Below, piece by piece: positions 1 through 7,613 of a stretch of 10,396 nt of DNA. The stretch is from Promethearchaeota archaeon (GTDB taxonomy: Archaea > Asgardarchaeota > Lokiarchaeia > Sigyniarchaeales > SOKP01). Below the pieces are notes generated by a model that searched no databases, was not told the origin of the DNA, and saw only the letters and a list, made by a program, of their open reading frames with translations. Location: positions 1-10,396 of the forward strand of contig JABCSY010000127.1 of the NCBI GenBank assembly GCA_018238625.1. The letters run 5' to 3'. The position numbers and the translations under genes were made by a program. How positions within the stretch are numbered: position 1 is the stretch's first letter; each line of letters opens with the position of its first letter.

Positions 1-924
1 ATATTTGCCATGATAATTGGACCTTATCTAATTGGTACGGGCAACACAAAAGCCGGTTTTGCCTTTATGGCTTTGGTATTTGGGATATCTGCGATTATCG
101 CCTCTATAATTTCTCTCCCGGGAAACTGGGAAGATAGCATAGTTAAAGAGAGATATTTCATAGTAACTGAAAACAAAGAGCATATGAATTTTTTTACAAG
201 TTTAAAGAATGCCATAAAAACTAAAAGTGTATTAATTTATTTACTTCTTTTGGCAGCTTGGGTTATAACATACAATTTATTGTTGGAGAACTCACTTTAT
301 ATTAACACATACATTTTACGGGGTGGTCCAGATGATACTATGATTATCATGGCTGTTTTAATCTTAGCCGTAATAATATCCCAACCATTCTGGTTAAGAC
401 GTCTTAAAAAAAAAGGTAATAAAAAGGTCCTCACTCTTGGTGGTTTTTTATTGGTAGCAGCTCTAGTTCCACTTTCTTTTCCAGTTTCCTTAATCTATTT
501 AATCATTGTGATGTTTATTCTTGGGTTAGTAATGGGAAGTTATTGGGCTTTAATGTACACAACAATACAAGCAATTGTTATAGACGATTTTGGAGTAAAA
601 ATGAAAACAAATCAAAAAGCTATTGTCATCGGTGCTATTGGGTTCATTACTACACTTTTTACAACAATCGACGAAGGTATTATTGCTCTCGTTCATAATC
701 TCACGGGTTTTATACCGGGTCAGGCTACTTATGAGGACATGTTATCTGCAGTTACAGCTGCAGGTGGTGATATTAATTTAGTGCTTCTTGGAATTCGCCT
801 GCTTTCTGGATTAATTCCAGCAATTGTTATGCTCGCAGGAGTTCTGGTTTTCTGGAAATTCTTTCCCCTAACTAAAGAAATCGTACTTGAAAACAAAGCA
901 AAATTAGAAGAACTTGGAATATAA
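1..924 (+). CDS. MFS transporter, GPH/MFS_2 (sugar-glycoside:cation symporter-like), 5'-truncated at window edge
   Basis: Frame is open from base 1 (ATA TTT GCC ATG...), so the ATG at 10 is probably internal. Multiple hydrophobic helices, a basic loop (PFWLRRLKKKGNKK) at the motif-A-like position, IVIDD in the late loop, and a GPH-like ending LGIRLLSGLIPAIVML...FPLT. Confidence 0.8.
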   Translation: MFAMIIGPYLIGTGNTKAGFAFMALVFGISAIIASIISLPGNWEDSIVKERYFIVTENKEHMNFFTSLKNAIKTKSVLIYLLLLAAWVITYNLLLENSLYINTYILRGGPDDTMIIMAVLILAVIISQPFWLRRLKKKGNKKVLTLGGFLLVAALVPLSFPVSLIYLIIVMFILGLVMGSYWALMYTTIQAIVIDDFGVKMKTNQKAIVIGAIGFITTLFTTIDEGIIALVHNLTGFIPGQATYEDMLSAVTAAGGDINLVLLGIRLLSGLIPAIVMLAGVLVFWKFFPLTKEIVLENKAKLEELGI

Positions 925-1005
925 ATAGTATTTAACTCAGTCTTTAGAAAAACTTTATTTTTCGAGTGTACTTTTATTTAAAAACGAACCTTCAAATGAT
1001 TGAAA

Positions 1006-2232
1006 ATGTTAAAAGAAAAATTAATTTCAGAATGGGTTCAAATCTTTGATACTCATGAGCATTTTGGTGATGTGGGGAATTATCATCCTCAAAAACCAAC
1101 TATAGATTTAGCCAAAGTTTTAAATGGGGCTTATATACATTCACCAAGAATGATTAAGAATATATGTGGAACTTTACAAAAAATGTTAGGATCGGATGCT
1201 TTAAATTCACTTCGCTTAGCGTTTAAGCAATTATATGATATTGACATTCTTCCCATAAAACAAACAAAAATGGAACTATTAAATGACAAAATTAAAGAGG
1301 CGTATAAAGACCCAAACTATATGTATGATACTCTTACACAGAAGCTAAACATAACAAATGTAATTCTAGATATTAAACCTCACTTATGGGAACATTGGAA
1401 GCATCCTATCGTCCAAACAACCATTAGGATTGACGAGGTTACTTTCCCGTTTGTTAGGGTAGACACTTATAAATATCGCCCTACGAGCTATAAACATCAG
1501 GTTGAACTATATGGTGAAAGTATTAATCAATCGCTCAATACACTAGACGATTTTGATGATGTCCTTGAAAAATATTTCACCTCTCTGCGCTATATGGCAA
1601 ATGTAATTAAAATAGGATCTGCTTATGAACGTTCAATTCATTTTTTGTACGAAAGAAATGAAGACGGAAAGATTTCTGAAATTTATAAAAAAATTCAGAA
1701 AAAGGAAGGTTTTATCGACGAGAAGGAAATGAGAAGATGGGGCAATTACGTCGTAACCTCTCTTTTAGAATACGCAAAAAAAGAAAAAATGCCCGTTCAA
1801 GTTCATACAGGATTGGCTACTATGGCAGAAACAAATCCTCTTTATCTTCTAAACATAATGAGAAAATTTTCGGGCGTAAAATTTGATATATTTCATGGCG
1901 GTTACCCTTTTCACCATACTATACCCGGTATTTTGACTCAAAGATTTAATGCCTATGTGGATCTATGTTGGATGCCTATTCTCAGTCAATCTGCTACTAA
2001 AAGATTACTGTGTGAACTGATTGAAATGAATTGTACCGATAAAGTCTTTGCTTTTGGGGGTGATTGTGAAAATCTAGAGGGGACATACGGCGCATTATTA
2101 TTAATTAAAGACATTTTAGCTGATGTACTTGTTGATTTTATCGAAGCTAAGAAGTTTTCTTTTAGCGATGCGGTAGATATCGGAAATAAAATGTTATACG
2201 AGAACCCTAAAAGGATATTTAATCTAAAATGA
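1006..2232 (+). CDS. Metal-dependent amidohydrolase superfamily protein (amidohydrolase_2-like TIM barrel)
   Basis: Motifs DTHEH (HxH), PVQVHTG, FDIFHGGYP, AYVDLCW, FAFGGD and terminal ENPKRIF. ATG at 1006 is preferred over TTG at 1000. Substrate cannot be assigned. Confidence 0.85.
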   Translation: MLKEKLISEWVQIFDTHEHFGDVGNYHPQKPTIDLAKVLNGAYIHSPRMIKNICGTLQKMLGSDALNSLRLAFKQLYDIDILPIKQTKMELLNDKIKEAYKDPNYMYDTLTQKLNITNVILDIKPHLWEHWKHPIVQTTIRIDEVTFPFVRVDTYKYRPTSYKHQVELYGESINQSLNTLDDFDDVLEKYFTSLRYMANVIKIGSAYERSIHFLYERNEDGKISEIYKKIQKKEGFIDEKEMRRWGNYVVTSLLEYAKKEKMPVQVHTGLATMAETNPLYLLNIMRKFSGVKFDIFHGGYPFHHTIPGILTQRFNAYVDLCWMPILSQSATKRLLCELIEMNCTDKVFAFGGDCENLEGTYGALLLIKDILADVLVDFIEAKKFSFSDAVDIGNKMLYENPKRIFNLK

Positions 2233-2439
2233 TATTTTTTATTATCGCCGTCTTCAAAGATGGGCTATCCTAAATTAAATCGCAAAAAATTCCAGAACTT
2301 TTGAGCTTTCACCCTTTTTCTCAGTATATATCTTCATGAAATGGTGATTTACTATTTTTTTCCAAAAAGTTGAAGCTTTTTATAGCATAAGAAAAATAAT
2401 ATTAATATTCATAATTGAAATTCAAAAATGGTGAATCTA

Positions 2440-2682
2440 TTGGATTTAATTATTTTCTTAAAAGATGGAACCCAATACAAAATGGTAATCGATAGATTAA
2501 AAGCAAGTGGTATTAACGAGAATAACTTTTTTATTGAAAGCCATAAAGAAGGTCGTCTTGAAATTCCTCTTGATTCTATTGATGGTTTTAAGATTGAGGC
2601 CGCACGTACGTATCTTCTTAACGAGAGTAATATGACTATTTTAATTACAGCAGTTGGAATTCTTTCTAAACACTTGACATGA
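2440..2682 (+). CDS. Small hypothetical protein A (~80 aa), paralog of the next gene
   Basis: Aligns without gaps to 2756..2995 (26/53 identical by hand count). TTG at 2440 aligns with the paralog's Met and has GGTGA at 2430-2434. ATG at 2428 is the alternative start. Confidence 0.75.
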   Translation: MDLIIFLKDGTQYKMVIDRLKASGINENNFFIESHKEGRLEIPLDSIDGFKIEAARTYLLNESNMTILITAVGILSKHLT

Positions 2683-2755
2683 TAATTTCTAAACAATTAT
2701 TTTTAAAGCAATATATAAAATATAATAAAATTTTAAATCAAGAAGGTGGGATTAA

Positions 2756-2995
2756 ATGGATATAATTATTACCTTAAAGGATGGATCTGAACATATTCTG
2801 TTAATATTTGAGCTAACTGGGTGTGGAATACATAAGAAAACATTTTTTATCGAGACCAAAAAAAAAGGACGAATAGAATTTCCCATCGATTCTCTAAGTG
2901 GCTTTAGAATCGAACCGTCTAAAGGTAGATTCTGGGAAGGTGATAGCGCGATTTTAAATCCAGCAATTATAATTCTCTCTCAATTTTTACCTTAA
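2756..2995 (+). CDS. Small hypothetical protein B (79 aa), paralog of the preceding gene
   Basis: SD-like AAGGTGG upstream. Shares LKDG, GI, FFIE, GRxExPxDS, GFxIE and IL..A..ILS..L with protein A. Confidence 0.75.
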   Translation: MDIIITLKDGSEHILLIFELTGCGIHKKTFFIETKKKGRIEFPIDSLSGFRIEPSKGRFWEGDSAILNPAIIILSQFLP

Positions 2996-2997
2996 TC

Positions 2998-3072
2998 AAT
3001 TTCTTTTATATTCTTTTTATGTGCGTATACATACACATATTTTATAATTTTTTTTTTCTAGTTTTTTATTTT
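2998..3072 (+). terminator. T-rich tract after gene B, likely archaeal terminator region
   Basis: Several T runs directly downstream of the 2995 stop. Confidence 0.4.
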
Positions 3073-3279
3073 CTTTAAAAAAACAGAAATTTTAGACTTA
3101 TAATCTCAAATTAGCTCGCAAGAAATTCAAGTGATAAAATATCTATAAATTGAAAATGAATAATTATTTGTAAAATTTTTAAAGTATCAAAACTTTAGGA
3201 AGATGGCAATAAAAATTACATATTGCTCTTTAAAGCGAGTTTAAATACACATTTTTTATAAAAATAGAGTGAAAATTTT

Positions 3280-4116
3280 ATGGAAAAAAGATTTAGAATG
3301 CCAATTATCGCTTCAATATTTCTCTTGATCGTTGTGGTAATTCTCAATTTCCTTCCTTTAATACGAAATGTCTCTACAGATGATTTGATTCCAATAATAC
3401 CTGGCGGTACATTTTCAGATGTTATAATCTGCCTATTATTACCCTTCCTATTCATGGTGATAATGCTCTTTCTCGGACCAATAATGACCACAAGTATGGT
3501 GAGAATGCATAAAATAATCAAATTGAAAAAATACGATTATTTCATCATCCCCATAGAAAAAAAGATTTCTGGAAAGAGGATTCTGCTACGAGCTGTATTT
3601 CCGGGCTTATTAGCTGTTAATGTAGCAATCTACATGAGTTTTTCCAATACTATCAATCAATTTTTTTATTACAATGGAGGAGAGGCTCAGAATATTGCTG
3701 TTATAATAGAATATATGTCTATATTGCTTGGTATTCCTGTAGCTAGTTTAATTATACTCCCCATATGGATGTTACAATATTCAGGATTGATGAGCTCTAA
3801 AAGAATTGAATCGTATAATCGTCCAGTTACCCCTGATATTGAAAGTGTTGGACAGTTTTACACTAAGATGTTAAAGGGTTATGTGGGAATCTCAACCATT
3901 ATAGCCTATAGCTTGATATTAATTGAGATCTTTACTACAACGAACGATTCATCGATTATCCTCCTTGTATTTATTGATCCAATAGTTATAATACTAATAT
4001 TTATACCGATATCCTTGATTATCGAAATGAGAGCCGGCAAGATAAATACTCGATTAGATTCATATTATAAGAAATTAGGTATTGATACAACACCAAAAAC
4101 AATTAAAATAGAGTAA
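3280..4116 (+). CDS. Uncharacterised multi-pass membrane protein (about 6 TM segments)
   Basis: 278-aa ORF with alternating hydrophobic helices and basic loops. No recognisable catalytic motif. Confidence 0.75.
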   Translation: MEKRFRMPIIASIFLLIVVVILNFLPLIRNVSTDDLIPIIPGGTFSDVIICLLLPFLFMVIMLFLGPIMTTSMVRMHKIIKLKKYDYFIIPIEKKISGKRILLRAVFPGLLAVNVAIYMSFSNTINQFFYYNGGEAQNIAVIIEYMSILLGIPVASLIILPIWMLQYSGLMSSKRIESYNRPVTPDIESVGQFYTKMLKGYVGISTIIAYSLILIEIFTTTNDSSIILLVFIDPIVIILIFIPISLIIEMRAGKINTRLDSYYKKLGIDTTPKTIKIE

Positions 4117-4136
4117 CTTTCTTTTTTTTTTTCTTT
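4117..4136 (+). terminator. Oligo-T terminator of the membrane protein gene
   Basis: T11 run (4122-4132) just after the stop, in a convergent intergenic region. Confidence 0.55.
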
Positions 4137-4206
4137 GTCCTTGTTAAACAGTAAAAAGATTAGTAATATCAAAGAATTTTATTTTAATTAACTTCAAATG
4201 AGAATT

Positions 4207-4225
4207 AAAAAAAATAAATAAAAAT
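4207..4225 (-). terminator. Oligo-T terminator of the oxidoreductase operon
   Basis: A-runs on + (T-runs on -) immediately downstream of the beta-subunit stop at 4229. Confidence 0.5.
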
Positions 4226-4228
4226 AGA

Positions 4229-5314
4229 TTAATTTTGTTTTAAGTATTCGTTCATCTCTACGAAAGAACTCGTTCGAATGAGAGCAGCTTTGAGAAATTG
4301 AAATCCAATATCGTATGTAGAACCGTCGCCAGCAATGTGAATAACATATGGCACCTCTCCATTGAACAAACCTTTAGATTTAAGTATTTTGTAAGTTGTG
4401 CTTATTCCTTCAGCTATAGTAGCTCCGCTTTCAAATAAGTGGTGAACCCAAGGAACTTTCCAAGAAGTCACAAAATCTTTCGCTGTCGATACTTCACTAC
4501 AACTCGTGTTGTTCACGTAAATAATGTTGTTACCGGCGACTGCTGTAGCTGCTGTCGCCATCTGATTCAGGACCATTCCGGCGCCACACCCTGGGCAAAG
4601 TCCGTGTCCTGGATGGAGATGTTGTTGAGGTTCTAAGGTTCTTCGATTTACCTGATAAAAGTCTATTGGTTTTTCGGCTCCAAACTGTTCAATAAGCCCT
4701 TTTAGTTTAAGGTTGCGTTGTTCAGTATAGTAAATTAATTCGTCAATTTCTTTTTCTAAGAATTGTGGCTTAAAGAGATGTCTAAACCGACCCATAGATT
4801 TTAAGTATTCTACAAATTTCTCCTTATCTATATCTAATCCGCGATAATAAGAAAATGTTGGAATACCATCTTTTACTCTAACAGTGTAAAGAGGCCAATA
4901 ACCGCAATCTGTAGCTAATTTTGAGATCTTTACGGCGTCTTCGGCTGGATGTCGCCATCCTCTCATGCAATCAGCTATTGATTGAATGAAAGCAGATCCG
5001 TTTGACTTTAACGCATCAGCAACTTTTCCCATAAAATCTGCTGGATAAGCAGGGTTTGCCGTTGCTAAAAATAACGATTTTGTCCCGTAAAAAGCAAAAG
5101 GAGTAACTAAATCTTGTTTTACACCAACTTTACCGGGAATTTTTTCTCCACCGGGTCCGGTAGTTGTCGAAGCGTGCGGTGGCGTAGCGCCTGATTCTTG
5201 AATCCCTGTGTTCATAAAAGCTTCGTTATCGTAGTTTAAAAATAAAACGTTACATTTGCCATCTCTTGCTAAGATATCTTCGAATTTAATTACATTTCTT
5301 TCTGGTTTTGACAT
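4229..5314 (-). CDS. porB: Pyruvate/2-oxoacid:ferredoxin oxidoreductase beta subunit (TPP-binding), circularly permuted
   Basis: All PorB motifs are present but in swapped order: YDNEAFMNTGIQ (aa 28-39), CMRGW (116-120) and GRFRHL (175-180) come before PGHGLCPGCG (235-244), TSCSEV (270-275), WKVPWVH (285-291) and GDGSTYDIGFQ (329-339). Confidence 0.92.
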   Translation of the reverse strand: MSKPERNVIKFEDILARDGKCNVLFLNYDNEAFMNTGIQESGATPPHASTTTGPGGEKIPGKVGVKQDLVTPFAFYGTKSLFLATANPAYPADFMGKVADALKSNGSAFIQSIADCMRGWRHPAEDAVKISKLATDCGYWPLYTVRVKDGIPTFSYYRGLDIDKEKFVEYLKSMGRFRHLFKPQFLEKEIDELIYYTEQRNLKLKGLIEQFGAEKPIDFYQVNRRTLEPQQHLHPGHGLCPGCGAGMVLNQMATAATAVAGNNIIYVNNTSCSEVSTAKDFVTSWKVPWVHHLFESGATIAEGISTTYKILKSKGLFNGEVPYVIHIAGDGSTYDIGFQFLKAALIRTSSFVEMNEYLKQN

Positions 5315-5315
5315 C

Positions 5316-6542
5316 TTATATGTTCACCTCATAGATTTTATCCTTAGTCTCACGTACGCCAAGGTAACTATAGAGCTGTCCTTTCATATCGTTAACAGAT
5401 TCCATTTTCTTCTTTGCGACAGTAAATTCATCTCGAGTAACATCCCGTCCACCTAATCCTACAATATAGCATCTGAATAGAGTTTTAAGCGGAATCAACG
5501 CGGTAGCTATTGAAGTGGCAAATGGTGGTAAAAGATTATTTAGCGAATCTGATTTTTCTAATATAATTAGTTTTTCGATGTTATGCTCTTGGACAATCTT
5601 CTGTAATTCCTCGTAAGGGAAAGGTCTGTATGCTCTTATTTTAATTAGCCCTATGTCCTTGTTTTTAGTCATCCAACTAATGATGTTTCCACACATACTT
5701 CCCATAGTAATAAAAGCCGTTTTTGAAGAGTTATCTAAGTTGTAGGTTTCAATTAAGTTATAATGGCGCCCAGTCGCTTTTCCGAATTCTTCGAATGCCT
5801 TTTTCATTATATCTAACACGGGTTTTTTCGCTTCGTCAAGATTTTTTCGTCCCTCCATGAAAAAGCTTGGAGTTACAATTCCACCCCATACACCAGGACG
5901 CTTTGTTGAAATTGTGTGGCGAGGCTTTTTTGGCGTTAATTTCCGTACAATCTCGTCTGGAATTAACCATAATTTCTGAACGGAATGAGAAATAATAAAA
6001 CCGTCGTGTACAAACATAGTTGGAAACAAAGAATTGTCAGACATCATAACTGACAAAATTGCTGCATCGTAGGTTTCTTGCACATTTTCTGAAACGATAC
6101 AATTCCACCCAACATCAAACAAAACGAAATCACTCCAACTGTTCCATATAGAAAGATTGGGAGCATTAAAAGCTCTCGCTGAAATCATCATCGTTAACGG
6201 GACGCGCCAACCGACTGCCATAGGCAAAGCTTCAGTCATTAATAAATAGCCTTGTGATGCTGTAGCAGTAAAAGTTCTGGCACCTGCAGCGCAAGCTGCC
6301 GTTGAATAACTCATAGCGGCTAATTCGGATTCGACATTAACGAAGGCCGCTTTTAATCTTCCTTGATGAACGACATCAGATAAACCCTCAACGGATTGAG
6401 TTTGAGGGGTAATAGGAAACGCACAAATTACATCAGGGTCCGTTTGGGTAACTCCCCCGGCCACAGCGTAATTCCCAATCATTGCCGTCTCGATGGGCTC
6501 TTTAATCTCTTTGAAAAATAATTTCATTGGTTCTACTGACAT
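5316..6542 (-). CDS. porA: Pyruvate/2-oxoacid:ferredoxin oxidoreductase alpha subunit
   Basis: GNYAVA, AFPITPQT, VESE (TPP-activating Glu), RTFTATASQG, DGFIISH, IKIRAYRPFP and GLGGRDV. Start placed at ATG 6542 (GGAGGT upstream, 1 nt after the preceding stop) rather than 6575. Confidence 0.92.
   Translation of the reverse strand: MSVEPMKLFFKEIKEPIETAMIGNYAVAGGVTQTDPDVICAFPITPQTQSVEGLSDVVHQGRLKAAFVNVESELAAMSYSTAACAAGARTFTATASQGYLLMTEALPMAVGWRVPLTMMISARAFNAPNLSIWNSWSDFVLFDVGWNCIVSENVQETYDAAILSVMMSDNSLFPTMFVHDGFIISHSVQKLWLIPDEIVRKLTPKKPRHTISTKRPGVWGGIVTPSFFMEGRKNLDEAKKPVLDIMKKAFEEFGKATGRHYNLIETYNLDNSSKTAFITMGSMCGNIISWMTKNKDIGLIKIRAYRPFPYEELQKIVQEHNIEKLIILEKSDSLNNLLPPFATSIATALIPLKTLFRCYIVGLGGRDVTRDEFTVAKKKMESVNDMKGQLYSYLGVRETKDKIYEVNI
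5324..5330 (-). promoter_or_regulatory. Shine-Dalgarno site GAGGTGA for porB
   Basis: Minus strand reads GAGGTGAacataTAAgATG, inside the last codons of porA. Confidence 0.75.
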
Positions 6543-6543
6543 T

Positions 6544-7542
6544 TTAATTACCTCCACTTTCTTCCGGTACTGCACAAGCAGCCGGTCCTTGTTTCATTTT
6601 TTTACTTATTGCTTGAACAGGGCAGATATTTAGACAATTTAAACATGATTTACAATGAAGTAGATCAATTCCAATCATATGATATTTACCGTCTTCCCTT
6701 TTTTCTCTAATAATGGCAAAATCAGGGCAAATAAACCAACACTGAGCGCAATTTGTACATGTTTCCGCGTCCCAAATCATATCCCATTCGCCCCACGAAC
6801 CAGTATTCACTTGGTCGCTTCCAACAGGGATTACTTTTTCGTCGCAATACCAAACACCCGCTTTATCTAATTCCTTATAACCAGGTAAGCCTAAATCTAT
6901 TTGTTGCCACGGTACTTTAGTGTCAACTGTAAAATCTGGGTCGACTCCGATGTCAAATATGCAAGTTTCTTCAATTGCTTGCTTTATTGCTTCGATGTTT
7001 TTCCCAGCTATAGCTCCTTTGAATCGCTTCATAATAGCATTAGATAATTCTTCGAGAGTAAAGAGATGAGAGATTTTTATTAAAGCACCTAATATAATAG
7101 TATTTGTAATGTTTCGACCCAGAACATCTAGAGCAATTCGGGTCGCATCGATTGTAGCAATATTTATGTCTTTTCTCTTTACAGCTTCTTGAATGGTTAG
7201 TTGGTCCATTACAGTATTTACTATCAACCAACCACCTTTCGGCACGCCAGCAGTTACATCTACTTCTGAGAGTAACGATTCGTCTAACACAGATACGAAA
7301 TGAGGGCCATAAACTTGTTCATTTGACCTTACTAAATCAACGTTCGCAGAAAGCCTTACATAGCTTTCAGTGGGACTTCCCATTCGTTCAGCCCCAAATC
7401 TCGGTTGACAAACGCCATAACCGTAGAATGCTTCGACGCAAAGATTAGAAGCGGTAACGCCTCCTTGCCCCCCACGTGCGTGGAATCGAAGATTCGCTGT
7501 GCAATCTTTTAAAATTTCTTTAACGTGTTCTGGAGTTAACAT
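6544..7542 (-). CDS. porG: Fused gamma-delta subunit of 2-oxoacid:ferredoxin oxidoreductase (PorG domain plus 2x[4Fe-4S] ferredoxin PorD domain)
   Basis: Gamma motifs RFHARGGQG, FGAERMGSP, IDATRIA and NTIILGAL in aa 1-~193. Delta motifs NTGSW, CTNCAQCWFICP (262-273) and CKSCLNCLNICP (297-308). Confidence 0.9.
   Translation of the reverse strand: MLTPEHVKEILKDCTANLRFHARGGQGGVTASNLCVEAFYGYGVCQPRFGAERMGSPTESYVRLSANVDLVRSNEQVYGPHFVSVLDESLLSEVDVTAGVPKGGWLIVNTVMDQLTIQEAVKRKDINIATIDATRIALDVLGRNITNTIILGALIKISHLFTLEELSNAIMKRFKGAIAGKNIEAIKQAIEETCIFDIGVDPDFTVDTKVPWQQIDLGLPGYKELDKAGVWYCDEKVIPVGSDQVNTGSWGEWDMIWDAETCTNCAQCWFICPDFAIIREKREDGKYHMIGIDLLHCKSCLNCLNICPVQAISKKMKQGPAACAVPEESGGN
6550..6555 (-). promoter_or_regulatory. 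Shine-Dalgarno site GGAGGT for porA
   Basis: Minus strand reads GGAGGTaatTAAaATG. Confidence 0.75.
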
Positions 7543-7565
7543 TTTTCTCTAAAAATTTATTTTTG

Positions 7566-7573
7566 TTTTATAA
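7566..7573 (-). promoter_or_regulatory. Candidate TATA box (TTATAAAA) for the por operon
   Basis: Lies 24-31 nt upstream of ATG 7542, which has no strong SD, consistent with a leaderless or short-leader first gene. AT-rich background lowers confidence. Confidence 0.35.
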
Positions 7574-7613
7574 TTGATAAGTTGTATTAAGAAAAATCTT
7601 CTTAAAAAATTAA

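Noticed and set aside
24-215. 63-aa minus-strand ORF
   Set aside because: Antisense shadow of the first MFS gene, with no motifs.
2409-2696. 95-aa minus-strand ORF
   Set aside because: Antisense to paralog A, whose plus-strand frame is supported by paralogy and an SD.
3018-3039. Small inverted repeat TATGTG-N10-CACATA
   Set aside because: Only a 6-bp stem in AT-rich DNA, not distinguishable from chance.
3216-3521. 101-aa minus-strand ORF
   Set aside because: Antisense shadow of the membrane protein gene.
4229-5314. RNA circularisation or protein splicing restoring canonical PorB order
   Set aside because: No intein motifs or evident bulge-helix-bulge pairing at the ends. The continuous ORF with a linker joining the old termini is explained by simple genetic permutation.
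6543-6575. porA start at 6575 from the ORF track
   Set aside because: Overlaps the porG 3' end. ATG 6542 has a strong SD and the same junction geometry as porA-porB.
4439-7231. Short plus-strand ORFs 4439..4636, 5256..5456, 6679..6870 and the Cys-rich minus-strand ORF 7040..7231
   Set aside because: All overlap well-supported por genes in antisense or an alternative frame, with no independent evidence.
4229-7542. Oxalate oxidoreductase assignment based on the three-subunit layout
   Set aside because: Alpha has PITP, not PIRP.
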